A stretch of DNA of 64,000 bases, taken from the NCBI GenBank assembly GCA_032718475.1, contig JAUCBJ010003885.1:37845-101844 (forward strand), read 5' to 3'. The stretch is from Nemertoderma westbladi (Eukaryota; Animalia; Xenacoelomorpha). Below, piece by piece: positions 25,676-36,353 of the stretch. Below the pieces are notes generated by a model. The model had not been told where the DNA came from. It ran no database searches and saw nothing but the letters and a program-made list of their open reading frames with translations. The position numbers and the translations under genes are program-made. Each line of letters starts with the position of its first letter. The first letter of the stretch is position 1.

Positions 25676-28264
25676 TGTAATGTTCGCTATACAGCGAATC
25701 ATGAAAGGGTAAACTACCCATCCAGATGTCTGACTGAAAGAGGGGAATCCGCTATACAGCAGTAACTTCCATGTATATTCAAAACTAAGAATAGCATATA
25801 TATATTTTGAATCTCCTGCCACCATTGGATATCTTAGATCGACTATAACAACTCTCCTTTTTTAGAGATACAAATTGGATCTGGACGCCTAGACTAAATA
25901 ACCTATGAATGTATCTTAAACTCAATATTATACACTTATACATAATATCATAATACACTTTGCACTGTATAATAATGTCCTAGTTCCTTTTTTTGAGATT
26001 CATTTGTGATGAATCTATATATTTCCACCTAGTTGACTATAATCAAGACGATTGGGTTGACATTTGTAGCGTGCACTTCGTCGAACACTGGGTGAGTCCA
26101 GATCGATTGAATTATCGATTGAATTGTCGCTTGAATTGTAATTCGATTGCGCCATATTGTCCGAGTGATTTATTAGTTCAGCTTGGACTGGGCGGATAAA
26201 TCTTCGATTCCGCCATAAGTTTCGTCCAGACGGAAAGCGTAACCGATATCTGCGATCATTGGCAGTTTCAATGACTTTAGCGATGCGATCCCATTTATTA
26301 GTTGATGTATTTTGCACTAGGACAGTGGTGTTTGTCGATATTGGCGTGAGTGCAAAAGCGGATCTGTTATAATAGTATTTCTGTTTCTCAGCTGTATCCA
26401 ACCTTCGATGGTCGAATAAATCAGCACTTCTTTGCCATTCTGGCGAATAAGCACGCCAATGAGTTGGTATTAGTGTCCGCGTAGGGTGTCCGAATACACG
26501 TTGTGCCGGGGATAGGCCATCAGAATTGGGAGTGTTATATAATTCTAACATGCCAGACTGAAATTCGTGACTTTCTATGTTACCGCCGGTTTTCGCCAAT
26601 AAGTATTTAGCTTTTTTGACATTTGCTTCGGCATGTCCATTTCCCTGGGGATGTTTAGGTGATGAGGGAGTCCATTTAACTCCCCAAGTCTGTAGGAATT
26701 TTGACATTGTTTCTGCAGCATATTGGGGTCCTTGATCCGTTGTTAGTGTGTTGGGTATACCAAGCATTGCAAATAAACGTCGCAATACCTTTATTGTATC
26801 GGTTGCAGAAGGTGCACTGGGAAACTTTTCGACCAATAGATATCCGGAATACCTGTCGGCATATATTATGTAATATTGTGTTGAAAGTTGGTAAAAATCA
26901 GATGAGACTGAAACAAATGCTCGTTTTGGAATGTGTGCTTGAAGAAGTGGTTCATGAGGTAATGAACTCCGATATTTCTGACATTCTAAACATTTATTTA
27001 CTGTGTTGGTGATATCAGTGGAATAACCGGGCCAGTATACGGATTGACGTGCGCGTCTTTTTGTGCGGTCTATTCCTTGGTGACTTGCGTGGAGTTTACG
27101 GAGAATATCATTAACTGATGTTGGTGGAATGACAATCTGATGTCCTTTCAATACGATACCATTTTCTATAGAAAGGTCATTGCGAATACTCTTAAACTTT
27201 TCAATGTATCCATTATTATTAGTATTTTGAAAGTTATTAGAGATTGCTGTAATAAGTTCTTGATAATTAATGTCTCTGTCGGCGCATTTACGCAAATCGT
27301 CTACTATTAAGTCAGGTATTTCGAATGCAGCTATGTTTGTATCAATTGCATGCAGTGCCGAATTTTCCATTTCTATCAGATCATCATCAATATCTGGCTC
27401 TAGAACCGGTGCTCTAGACAGTGCATCTGGGATTGAGTGTTGTTTTCCATGTTCCCAAACTACGGAAAAACTGTAGTCGCTTAGTCTAGATCTATAATTG
27501 AGAATGCGAGTGTTATCGATCTCTATTAATCCATAGTTGTTGAATATTTGGACCAGAGGTTTGTGGTCTGTGATAACAGTAAATTGGGGTATACCTGCCA
27601 AATACACATGACATTTTTTGATGGCCCATGTTATAGCTAAGGCTTCTAGTTCAATAACCGCGTATCTGGTTTCAACATCCTTCAAGAAGCGGCTTCCGCA
27701 TTGAATTAATTTCTGAACTCCTGCCTGTTTTTGCAGTAGTGCAAACCCAAGTCCATTTAACCGTGATGCATCTGTTTTTAATATGGTTTCAGCGGTGGGA
27801 TCGAACATTCCAAGAATTGGTGGGCTCAATAATATTTGTTTTGTTTTTTTGAATGCTATAGAATGCTCTTCCATCCATATAAAGTTGTTCTTTGTACTTA
27901 ATAACTGGCGTAACGGAGTGGTTGCAGACGAAATTTCTTTGCTGAATGAACCCAATTGGTTTACTAATCCTAAGAAACTACGCAGGTCTGATCTGGTAGT
28001 AGGCACTGGAAAATCTGATATTGCACTGGTTTTCCGTTGATCAATTGAAATTTCACCATAAGAAATATGATATCCTACTCGCAGCGCCATGTAATGTTCG
28101 CTATACAGCGAATCATGAAAGGGTAAACTACCCATCCAGATGTCTGACTGAAAGAGGGGAATCCGCTATACAGCAGTAACTTCCATGTATATTCAAAACT
28201 AAGAATAGCATATATATATTTTGAATCTCCTGCCACCATTGGATATCTTAGATCGACTATAACA
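25676..28264 (-). mobile_element. Ty3/Gypsy LTR retrotransposon, internally deleted (no gag, protease or RT core), recent insertion
   Basis: Two apparently identical 175-bp TG...CA LTRs (25676-25850, 28090-28264); 5-bp TSD GTAAT (25671-25675, 28265-28269); PBS TGGCGCTGCGAGTAGG (tRNA-Ser-like) next to the 5' LTR; PPT AAAAAAGGAGAG next to the 3' LTR. Confidence 0.96.
26015..28090 (-). CDS. Truncated pol: RT thumb/connection, RNase H and integrase (691 aa from the ATG at the LTR/PBS junction)
   Basis: RNase H (TDAS, ELEALA, TDHKPL, PDALSR); integrase HHCC (LHASHQG...CLEC) and DDE (SSDF, TDQG, HAEAN); no internal stops. Confidence 0.85.
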   Translation of the reverse strand: MALRVGYHISYGEISIDQRKTSAISDFPVPTTRSDLRSFLGLVNQLGSFSKEISSATTPLRQLLSTKNNFIWMEEHSIAFKKTKQILLSPPILGMFDPTAETILKTDASRLNGLGFALLQKQAGVQKLIQCGSRFLKDVETRYAVIELEALAITWAIKKCHVYLAGIPQFTVITDHKPLVQIFNNYGLIEIDNTRILNYRSRLSDYSFSVVWEHGKQHSIPDALSRAPVLEPDIDDDLIEMENSALHAIDTNIAAFEIPDLIVDDLRKCADRDINYQELITAISNNFQNTNNNGYIEKFKSIRNDLSIENGIVLKGHQIVIPPTSVNDILRKLHASHQGIDRTKRRARQSVYWPGYSTDITNTVNKCLECQKYRSSLPHEPLLQAHIPKRAFVSVSSDFYQLSTQYYIIYADRYSGYLLVEKFPSAPSATDTIKVLRRLFAMLGIPNTLTTDQGPQYAAETMSKFLQTWGVKWTPSSPKHPQGNGHAEANVKKAKYLLAKTGGNIESHEFQSGMLELYNTPNSDGLSPAQRVFGHPTRTLIPTHWRAYSPEWQRSADLFDHRRLDTAEKQKYYYNRSAFALTPISTNTTVLVQNTSTNKWDRIAKVIETANDRRYRLRFPSGRNLWRNRRFIRPVQAELINHSDNMAQSNYNSSDNSIDNSIDLDSPSVRRSARYKCQPNRLDYSQLGGNI

Positions 28265-31200
28265 GTAATTCATTAACTCGTTCCCGTAGGACCCAGAAAG
28301 ATGTGTCCAGCACCAAAAAGGTAACTCATTTACTCGTTCCCATAGGACCCAGAAAGATGTGTCCAGCACCGAAAAGGTAACTCATTAACTCGTTCCCGTA
28401 GGACCCAGAAAGATGTGTCCAGCACCAAAAAGGTAACTCATTTACTCGTTCCCATAGGACCCAAAAAGATCTGTCCAGCACCAAAAAGGTAACTCATTAA
28501 CTCGTTCCCTTAGGACCCAGAAAGATGTGTCCAGCACCAAAAAGGTAACTCATTTAATCGTTCCCATAGGACCCAGAAAGATGTGTCCAGCACCAAAAAG
28601 GTAACTCATTTACTCGTTCCCATAGGACCCAAAAAGATGTGTCCAGCACCAAAAAGGTAACTCATTAACTCGTTCCCTTAGGACCCAGAAAGATGTGTCC
28701 AGCACCAAAAAGGTAACTCATTAACTCGTTCCCGTAGGACCCAGAAAGATGTGTCCAGCACCAAAAAGGTAACTCATTAACTCGTTCCCGTAGGACCCAG
28801 AAAGATGTGTCCAGCACCAAATAGGTAACTCATTAACTCGTTCCCATAGGACCCAGAAAGATGTGTCCAGCACCAAAAAGGTAACTCATTAACTCGTTCC
28901 CGTAGGACCCAGAAAGATGTGTCCAGCACCAAAAAGTTAACTCATTAACTCGTTCCCGTAGGACCCAGAAAGATGTGTCCAGCACCAAAAAGGTAACTCA
29001 TTAACTCGTTCCCGTAGGACCCAGAAAGATGTGTCCAGCACCAAAAAGGTAACTCATTAACTCGTTCCCTTAGGATCATTAACTCGTTCCCTTAGGACCC
29101 AGAAAGATGTGTCCAGCACCAAAAAGGTAACTCATTAACTCGTTCCCATAGGACCCAAAAAGATGTGTCCAGCACCAAAAAGGTAACTCATTAACTCGTT
29201 CCCGTAGGACCCAGAAAGATGTGTCCAGCACCAAAAAGGTAACTCATTAACTCGTTCCCGTAGGACCCAGAAAGATGTGTCCAGCACCAAAAAGGTAACT
29301 CATTTACTCGTTCCCATAGGACCCAGAAAGATGTGTCCAGCACCGAAAAGGTAACTCATTAACTCGTTCCCGTAGGACCCAGAAAGATGTGTCCAGCACC
29401 AAAAAGGTAACTCATTTACTCGTTCCCATAGGACCCAAAATGATCTGTCCAGCACCAAAAAGGTAACTCATTAACTCGTTCCCTTAGGACCCAGAAAGAT
29501 GTGTCCAGCACCAAAAAGGTAACTCATTTAATCGTTCCCATAGGACCCAGAAAGATGTGTCCAGCACCAAAAAGGTAACTCATTTACTCGTTCCCATAGG
29601 ACCCAAAAAGATGTGTCCAGCACCAAAAAGGTAACTCATTAACTCGTTCCCTTAGGACCCAGAAAGATGTGTCCAGCACCAAAAAGGTAACTCATTAACT
29701 CGTTCCCGTAGGACCCAGAAAGATGTGTCCAGCACCAAAAAGGTAACTCATTAACTCGTTCCCGTAGGACCCAGAAAGATGTGTCCAGCACCAAATAGGT
29801 AACTCATTAACTCGTTCCCATAGGACCCAGAAAGATGTGTCCAGCACCAAAAAGGTAACTCATTAACTCGTTCCCGTAGGACCCAGAAAGATGTGTCCAG
29901 CACCAAAAAGGTAACTCATTAACTCGTTCCCGTAGGACCCAGAAAGATGTGTCCAGCACCAAAAAGGTAACTCATTAACTCGTTCCCGTAGGACCCAGAA
30001 AGATGTGTCCAGCACCAAAAAGGTAACTCATTAACTCGTTCCCTTAGGATCATTAACTCGTTCCCTTAGGACCCAGAAAGATGTGTCCAGCACCAAAAAG
30101 GTAACTCATTAACTCGTTCCCATAGGACCCAAAAAGATGTGTCCAGCACCAAAAAGGTAACTCATTAACTCGTTCCCGTAGGACCCAGAAAGATGTGTCC
30201 AGCACCAAAAAGGTAACTCATTAACTCGTTCCCGTAGGACCCAGAAAGATGTGTCCAGCACCAAAAAGGTAACTCATTAACTTGTTCCCATAGGACCCAG
30301 AAAGATGCGTCCAGCACCAAAAAGGTAACTCATTAACTCGTTCCCGTAGGACCCAGAAAGATGTGTCCAGCACCAAAAAGGTAACTCTTTAACTCGTTCC
30401 CGTAGGACCCAGAAAGATGTGTCCAGCACCAAAAAGGTAACTCATTTACTCGTTCCCATAGGACCCAAAAAGATGTGTCCAGCACCAAAAAGGTAACTCA
30501 TTAACTCGTTCCCGTAGGACCCACAAAGATGTGTCCAGCACCAAAAAGGTAACTCATTAACTCGTTCCCGTAGGACCCAGAAAGATGTGTCCAGCACCAA
30601 AAAGGTAACTCATTAACTCGTTCCCATAGGACCCAGAAAGATGTGTCCAGCACCAAAAAGGTAACTCATTAACTCGTTCCCGTAGGACCCAGAAAGATGT
30701 GTCCAGCACCAAAAAGGTAACTCATTAACTCGTTCCCGTAGGACCCAGAAAGATGTGTCCAGCACCAAAAAGGTAACTCATTTACTCGTTCCCATAGGAC
30801 CCAGAAAGATGTGTCCAGCACCGAAAAGGTAACTCATTAACTCGTTCCCGTAGGACCCAGAAAGATGTGTCCAGCACCAAAAAGGTAACTCATTAACTCG
30901 TTCCCATAGGACCCAGAAAGATGTGTCCAGCACCAAAAAGGTAACTCATTAACTCGTTCCCGTAGGACCCAGAAAGATGCGTCCAGCACCAAAAAGGTAA
31001 CTCATTAACTCGTTCCCGTAGGACCCAGAAAGATGTGTCCAGCACCAAAAAGGTAACTCATTAACTCGTTCCCGTAGGACCCAGAAAGATGTGTCCAGCA
31101 CCAAAAAGGTAACTCATTAACTCGTTCCCTTAGGATCATTAACTCGTTCCCTTAGGACCCAGAAAGATGTGTCCAGCACCAAAAAGGTAACTCATTAACT

Positions 31201-31906
31201 CGTTCCCGTAGGACCCAGAAACATGTGTCCAGCACCAAAAAGGTAACTCATTAACTCGTTCCCGTAGGACCCAGAAAGATGTGTCCAGCACCAAAAAGGT
31301 AACTCATTAACTCGTTCCCGTAGGACCCAGAAAGATGTGTCCAGCACCAAAAAGGTAACTCATTAACTCGTTCCCGTAGGACCCAGAAAGATGTGTCCAG
31401 CACCAAAAAGGTAACTCATTAACTCGTTCCCTTAGGATCATTAACTCGTTCCCTTAGGACCCAGAAAGATGTGTCCAGCACCAAAAAGGTAACTCATTAA
31501 CTCGTTCCCATAGGACCCAGAAAGATGTGTCCAGCACCAAAAAGGTAACCCATTAACTCGTTCCCATAGGACCCAGAAAGATGTGTCCAGCACCAAAAAG
31601 GTAACTCATTAACTCGTTCCCGTAGGACCCAGAAAGATGTGTCCAGCACCAAAAAGGAAACTCATTAACTCGTTCCCGTAGGACCCAGAAAGATGTGTCC
31701 AGCACCAAAAAGGTAACTCATTAACTCGTTCCCTTAGTACCCAGAAATATGTGTCCAGCACCAAAAAGGTAACTCATTAACTCGTTCCCGTAGGACCCAG
31801 AAAGATGTGTCCAGCACCAAAAAGGTAACTCATTAACTCGTTCCCGTAGGACCCAGAAAGATGTGTCCAGCACCAAAAAGGTAACTCATTTACTCGTTCC
31901 TGTAGG
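28265..31906 (+). repeat. 56-bp tandem array, right block, ~63 units
   Basis: Same unit resumes right after the TSD and ends in gtaactcatttactcgttcctgtagga followed by unique intron sequence. Confidence 0.97.
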
Positions 31907-32033
31907 AACAAATGATAAATTTGTCGTTCATTTTTGGAAAGTTTTATTTATCTTTATAACCCGTTGTTTCCATATTATTGCCATTATTGTTTATATAAAA
32001 TCTTAAAAAGTGATAAACATTCAAATTGTACAG

Positions 32034-32345
32034 CCTTGGATTCGACATAAATTGAATACTTGCGATGTTTGCGAAATAAGGCAAAGTCAGCGAGATGCCT
32101 GCGAAACGGAACCGGTACGAATTCGACCGGTTATTCGAACGATTTACTACGGTTTTCCGGATGAAGAGGAGAGATTGAGAAACATACTGGCTGGAAGAGA
32201 TTTCCAAGAGAATGTGTTGATCAAAGGAGAGGTCCGTTCGACCAACTCGTTACAGATCAAGACTGGTCGGGATTGGCCGCGGAATCTCCCGCCAATAGAT
32301 CATCTTAAGATTTTAAATCGAGAGATTCCTGAGGATTTGTTATAG
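32034..32345 (+). CDS. Candidate alternative terminal exon or nested ORF (103 aa) in intron 6
   Basis: ttgtacag|CCT phase-0 acceptor, open frame to TAG, GC/CpG-richer than flanks, AATAAA at 32439-32444; no recognised homology. Confidence 0.35.
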   Translation, partial: PWIRHKLNTCDVCEIRQSQRDACETEPVRIRPVIRTIYYGFPDEEERLRNILAGRDFQENVLIKGEVRSTNSLQIKTGRDWPRNLPPIDHLKILNREIPEDLL

Positions 32346-33284
32346 GGGAAGTTGGAATAAGTTCCTTGCCGATTCTATGTGTAAAAATATGAGACAAACA
32401 ATAGTAACAATTTAAAGATAATCCAGTATTAATTTAATAATAAACCAAATAATGGGTGGCAAAATATGCTTGGTAAGTTGATACATCGAACAAAAAAACT
32501 TATTAATGTTTGTAGACTTACTACAATTTTTTTGGACAATTTATTTATGTTGAGCACGCTTTGCAAAGTTGACAATGACGTCCAGGTGGGATCGAACAGG
32601 TGACTTCGGGGTTGGAAGTCTGACGCGGTCTTATTTTAAAACAGAGATCTCCGCACTTTTAATTTATTGATATACAAATATTTGTAAATATAATGTTTGC
32701 ATGCGATGATACAAGTCGATCCCGGACATATCGTCTCGGTTAAATATTTCCGAACAATGGGACGGATTCTCTGTTTCGGGTCCGAATTGTACGGGGCCGA
32801 AATGACCTGTTTTCAGTTATTAATAATCAATATCAATAAATCATTGCGTTGATTAAAATCATTTTAATTAGACTGAACTGTATTAATTTCAAATTTAACT
32901 TTAAATTTAAACGTCACTACAAATGACTAAAATCGAATAATTTGTGATCTTATATTCTATTTATGTAACTTAAACGAGATCTATTACACTTATTCTTATT
33001 CTTATTATTACACTTATCTAATACACTTATTATATTTTTATCATAGAAATCACTGAGTTTACGTTGAGGCCTTCTGGTACAGTATTATATAATTAGCTAT
33101 TTTTCACTTGCGACCAAATTGCGCCTCTATCTGGTTTGTAAAGGGACATTTTCATCTTTCATCAACAGTGTGACCTGACAGATCAGTTTAGGCCCACTGT
33201 TGTAGGCCTATTGGTTTAAGATTTCTCTTATGATATTCAGTATTTTATCAAAGTTGTTACTGTAACTTGCATTTTATTTAATAG

Positions 33285-33397
33285 CAACGGTCTAAATACA
33301 ACTTGTATCCTGGAGCTGGCCAAGGCGTTGTCATTGACGAACAAGGTCGACTGATCTCTGCCAATAGGATAGATCCGGATCTACTACCCTCACACAG
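33285..33397 (+). CDS. C2orf81: C2orf81-like exon 7
   Basis: ttttatttaatag|CAA phase 0; QRSKYNLYPGAGQGVVIDEQGRLISANRIDPDLLPSH resembles the family R.DP..LP.H motif; donor AG|gttaga. Confidence 0.82.
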
Positions 33398-33440
33398 GTT
33401 AGAGATGGTCCTGTAATAAGGATTTAAAATCCAATTGGCG

Positions 33441-34302
33441 TAGTGTCATTTTCTGATGACACGGACCCCCCCCCAGATTTTTCTACAAATCTTTATCATA
33501 TTGCTTGAAATTTGAAACACCACTAGTTCCACTCACCGTCGTTGACCCCATGAAGCCGGAATTTTCGATTTCGCCTTTAATTTTTTTTAATAAGCGTTTT
33601 AAAAAAGTGTCTTTTGCGAAATCGCACCCTGACCCTCCGTATCGTGGCTATTCTTCAGATTAGTCGTAATTTTTCATTAGAAAGCTTGCCTTGCAAGGAT
33701 TCCAAATATGTAACAATATCTGAATTTCGTTGAGAAACAGCTGAGATATAGGCGTTCAAAGATGGCAAGAATTATTGTTCGCTGCAAGCCATTTATTCTA
33801 TTTAATAAATACACAAAATTCTAGAACGTGTTATTTATTTTATGAGTTGGTAGGCAACAGCGGTATTCCTATCCAATATATCTATTGCGTAGCTATTCAT
33901 ACTTAAACGAAATGTTCCAGAACATTGTGTATTTATTAAATAGAATAAATGGCCTACAGCGAACAATAATTCTTGCAATCTTTGAACGCCTATATCTCAG
34001 CTGTATCTCAACTAAATTCAGATATTGTTACATATTTGGAATCCTTGCAACGCAAATTTTCCAATAATATGAAAAATTACGTCTAATCTGAAGAATAGCC
34101 ACGATACGGAGGGTGCGATTTCGCAAAAGACACTTTTTTTAAACGCTTATTAAAAAAAATTAAAGGCGAAATGGAAAATTCCGGCTTCATGGGGTCAACG
34201 ACGGTGAGTTGAACTAGTTGTGTTTCAAATTTCAAGCAATATGATAAAGATTTGTAGAAAAATCTGGGGGGGGGGGGTCCGTGTCATCAGAAAATGACAC
34301 TA
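33441..34302. mobile_element. Foldback/palindromic non-autonomous DNA element (~390-bp inverted arms, TA-flanked)
   Basis: tagtgtcattttctgatgacacggacccccc... versus ...ggggggtccgtgtcatcagaaaatgacacta; arms pair almost to the centre (~33835/33906). Confidence 0.9.
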
Positions 34303-35285
34303 TATTACGGTTATTACGAAAACAATTATTCGTCCCCCAAAAATTATTATTGATTCCCAAAAACAATTATTCATCCGCCAAAAATAATTACTTGTCAACC
34401 AAAAAAAATTATTCCAGCACCAAATATTTTAAATTAACTCTTGGCCAGTTGCCATGCTTCAGTTAACAGTATTCGTTCCGATAGGCCTATTGCCTTCAGA
34501 ACAATGTATTTTATTATTAGGTTTCGTACCGATGTACCTACAGTATTAGGCCTACTTCAGTTTCAGTATTCGTACTGATAGGCCAAATTGCGTATCTATT
34601 ATTGCCTATGGCCCATTACTTATTCTGTTATTAGGTTTCAGTATTACGGAAGTAGGCCTGCTGTTATTTATTATTATTTTTTAATAACGAAAATAATCCA
34701 TTAACATTGTAACTATTATTACTTTATTTTTACTATTTGTAACTATTATTACTGTTATTAGGTTTCAGTACGGAAGTACTGAAGTTTTTGTCTAACTTCC
34801 AGGAAGTGCTAGGCCTGTTGCTGCAATAGTATTTATTTTGGGGGATTATGTATTTACTTTGGGCGAAATTTCTTTTGGTGGAAAATGTATTTATTTTGGG
34901 GGGAAATGTATTTGTTTTGGGTGGAAATGTGTTTGTTTTGGGGGAAAATGTATTTTTATTTTGGGGGATAATGTATTTGTTTTGGGAAAATTTGTAATTA
35001 TTTTGGGGGTTTTGTCATTTATTTTGGTGCTAATAATTTGTTTTGGGGAGCATTTATTTATTTTGGTGTTGAATAATTGGTTTTGGTGTTGAATAATTTT
35101 TTTTGGTTTTGAAAAATTTAATTTGGTGTTTGAATAATTTTATTTGGGGTGACTTTATTTTATTTGGTTTGAATAATTTTTTTGGGGTCACATTATTTAA
35201 TTTGGTGTAAAATATTTTTTTTGGGGTCATCAATTTTGGGATGACTTTATTTGGTAGCCTTTTATTCATTATTTTAATAATGCAG

Positions 35286-35402
35286 TGTCGCTACAAAGTT
35301 TACGGTTGTGGATCCAGCTACAGAGGCAGCCCAAGCGAGGATACTAGCTATGCGAGCAGGTCGATTCCGACCAATGGGTGACGAGAAACCGACAACGTCT
35401 AG
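35286..35402 (+). CDS. C2orf81: C2orf81-like exon 8
   Basis: taatgcag|T; VATKFTVVDPATEAAQARILAMRAGRFRPMGDEKPTTS; donor AG|gtatgt; phase 2-2. Confidence 0.82.
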
Positions 35403-35564
35403 GTATGTTAACCTACAGCAGTGTTGTGATAATTCCTCATTCATATCTTAATGGTTCATATTTATTGATTTAAGATGTTCTCAATTTTCTAGTTTGTTAC
35501 AACAACTGTAGCTGTTTCTGAAGTGCGAACTTTGTTGTCTTATTTAGGCCTTTGATTCAGTCTC

Positions 35565-35760
35565 TCGCTCACTGGGCTGTTGTAATAGAGTGACAGAGGG
35601 CCAATCATGGTCTGGCAAGGCAGATTTCATAGTTCTGCAAGAGCAGAGATTAAGTCTTACCCAGAACCCAGAGAGTAAGTCTTAGAGATTAAGACTCTCT
35701 TACCTTAGCCACAATAAGAAGATGATTACTGGGGTGAGGGTAAGAAGTGTAAATCCTTGT
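35565..35760 (-). mobile_element. Old diverged fragment of the RTE family (end of endonuclease/linker)
   Basis: ggcaaggcagatttc...taagtcttacc...gccacaataag...gtgtaaat aligns by eye to 3780-3920. Confidence 0.7.
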
Positions 35761-35992
35761 ATATACCTGATATAGGGTATATGCCTAAGCAACAACATCC
35801 TTCTTTATACTGCTGCTTCAATCAACGAGCAAAAGTAGTGCCATTTAATGTTTAACATTATTTTTAATAATTTTTGATAAATAGTTTTCCATCAAAAAAA
35901 TATTTATTAACCCTTCGGAAAAAATAAAAAATTATAGATTCAATTTAGGTTCAGTATTATTACAACGAAAATATTAATTGTTGTTTATTCAG

Positions 35993-36353
35993 GATGAAAG
36001 TCACAGCAGACGGATCGAAACAATTCCTTCCCTCCCACCCGGAAACAAAGTCAGTAAACCGTCTGGATGTCGAGGTGATTGGCCTACCTGCGAGTCTATT
36101 GGACACAATGGATTTGGCACCGGGTGTGAGTGTACGGGAAGGTGATCGGGTCAAGTACGGACCTCGACCCCGGACAAGCAGACCGGTTGACGTCGACGGC
36201 GGGACACAATCCGCGCCCCTCCGCCCACTAAAACCCCCGAATCGGTCCCGCGAAGGAACTTCCATACACGAGATTCTCGATATCAGTGTCCCTTTAGTTC
36301 GCCCTCTAGACTACCAACCTATTCCCCCCATTAGTAGCCTTAGTGCTACATAA
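35993..36353 (+). CDS. C2orf81: C2orf81-like exon 9 (terminal)
   Basis: tttattcag|G, then ORF 35994-36353 with LLDTMDLAPGVSVREG; TAA; AATAAA at 36426-36431. Confidence 0.85.

Noticed and set aside
21958-31906. CRISPR-like appearance of the regular arrays (also 109-8503 and 39409-41399)
   Set aside because: Units are head-to-tail without unique spacers, there are no cas genes, and the context is eukaryotic.
34835-35270. ORFs in the T/G-rich low-complexity tract of intron 7
   Set aside because: Degenerate TTTTGGGG repeats produce compositionally biased pseudo-ORFs.
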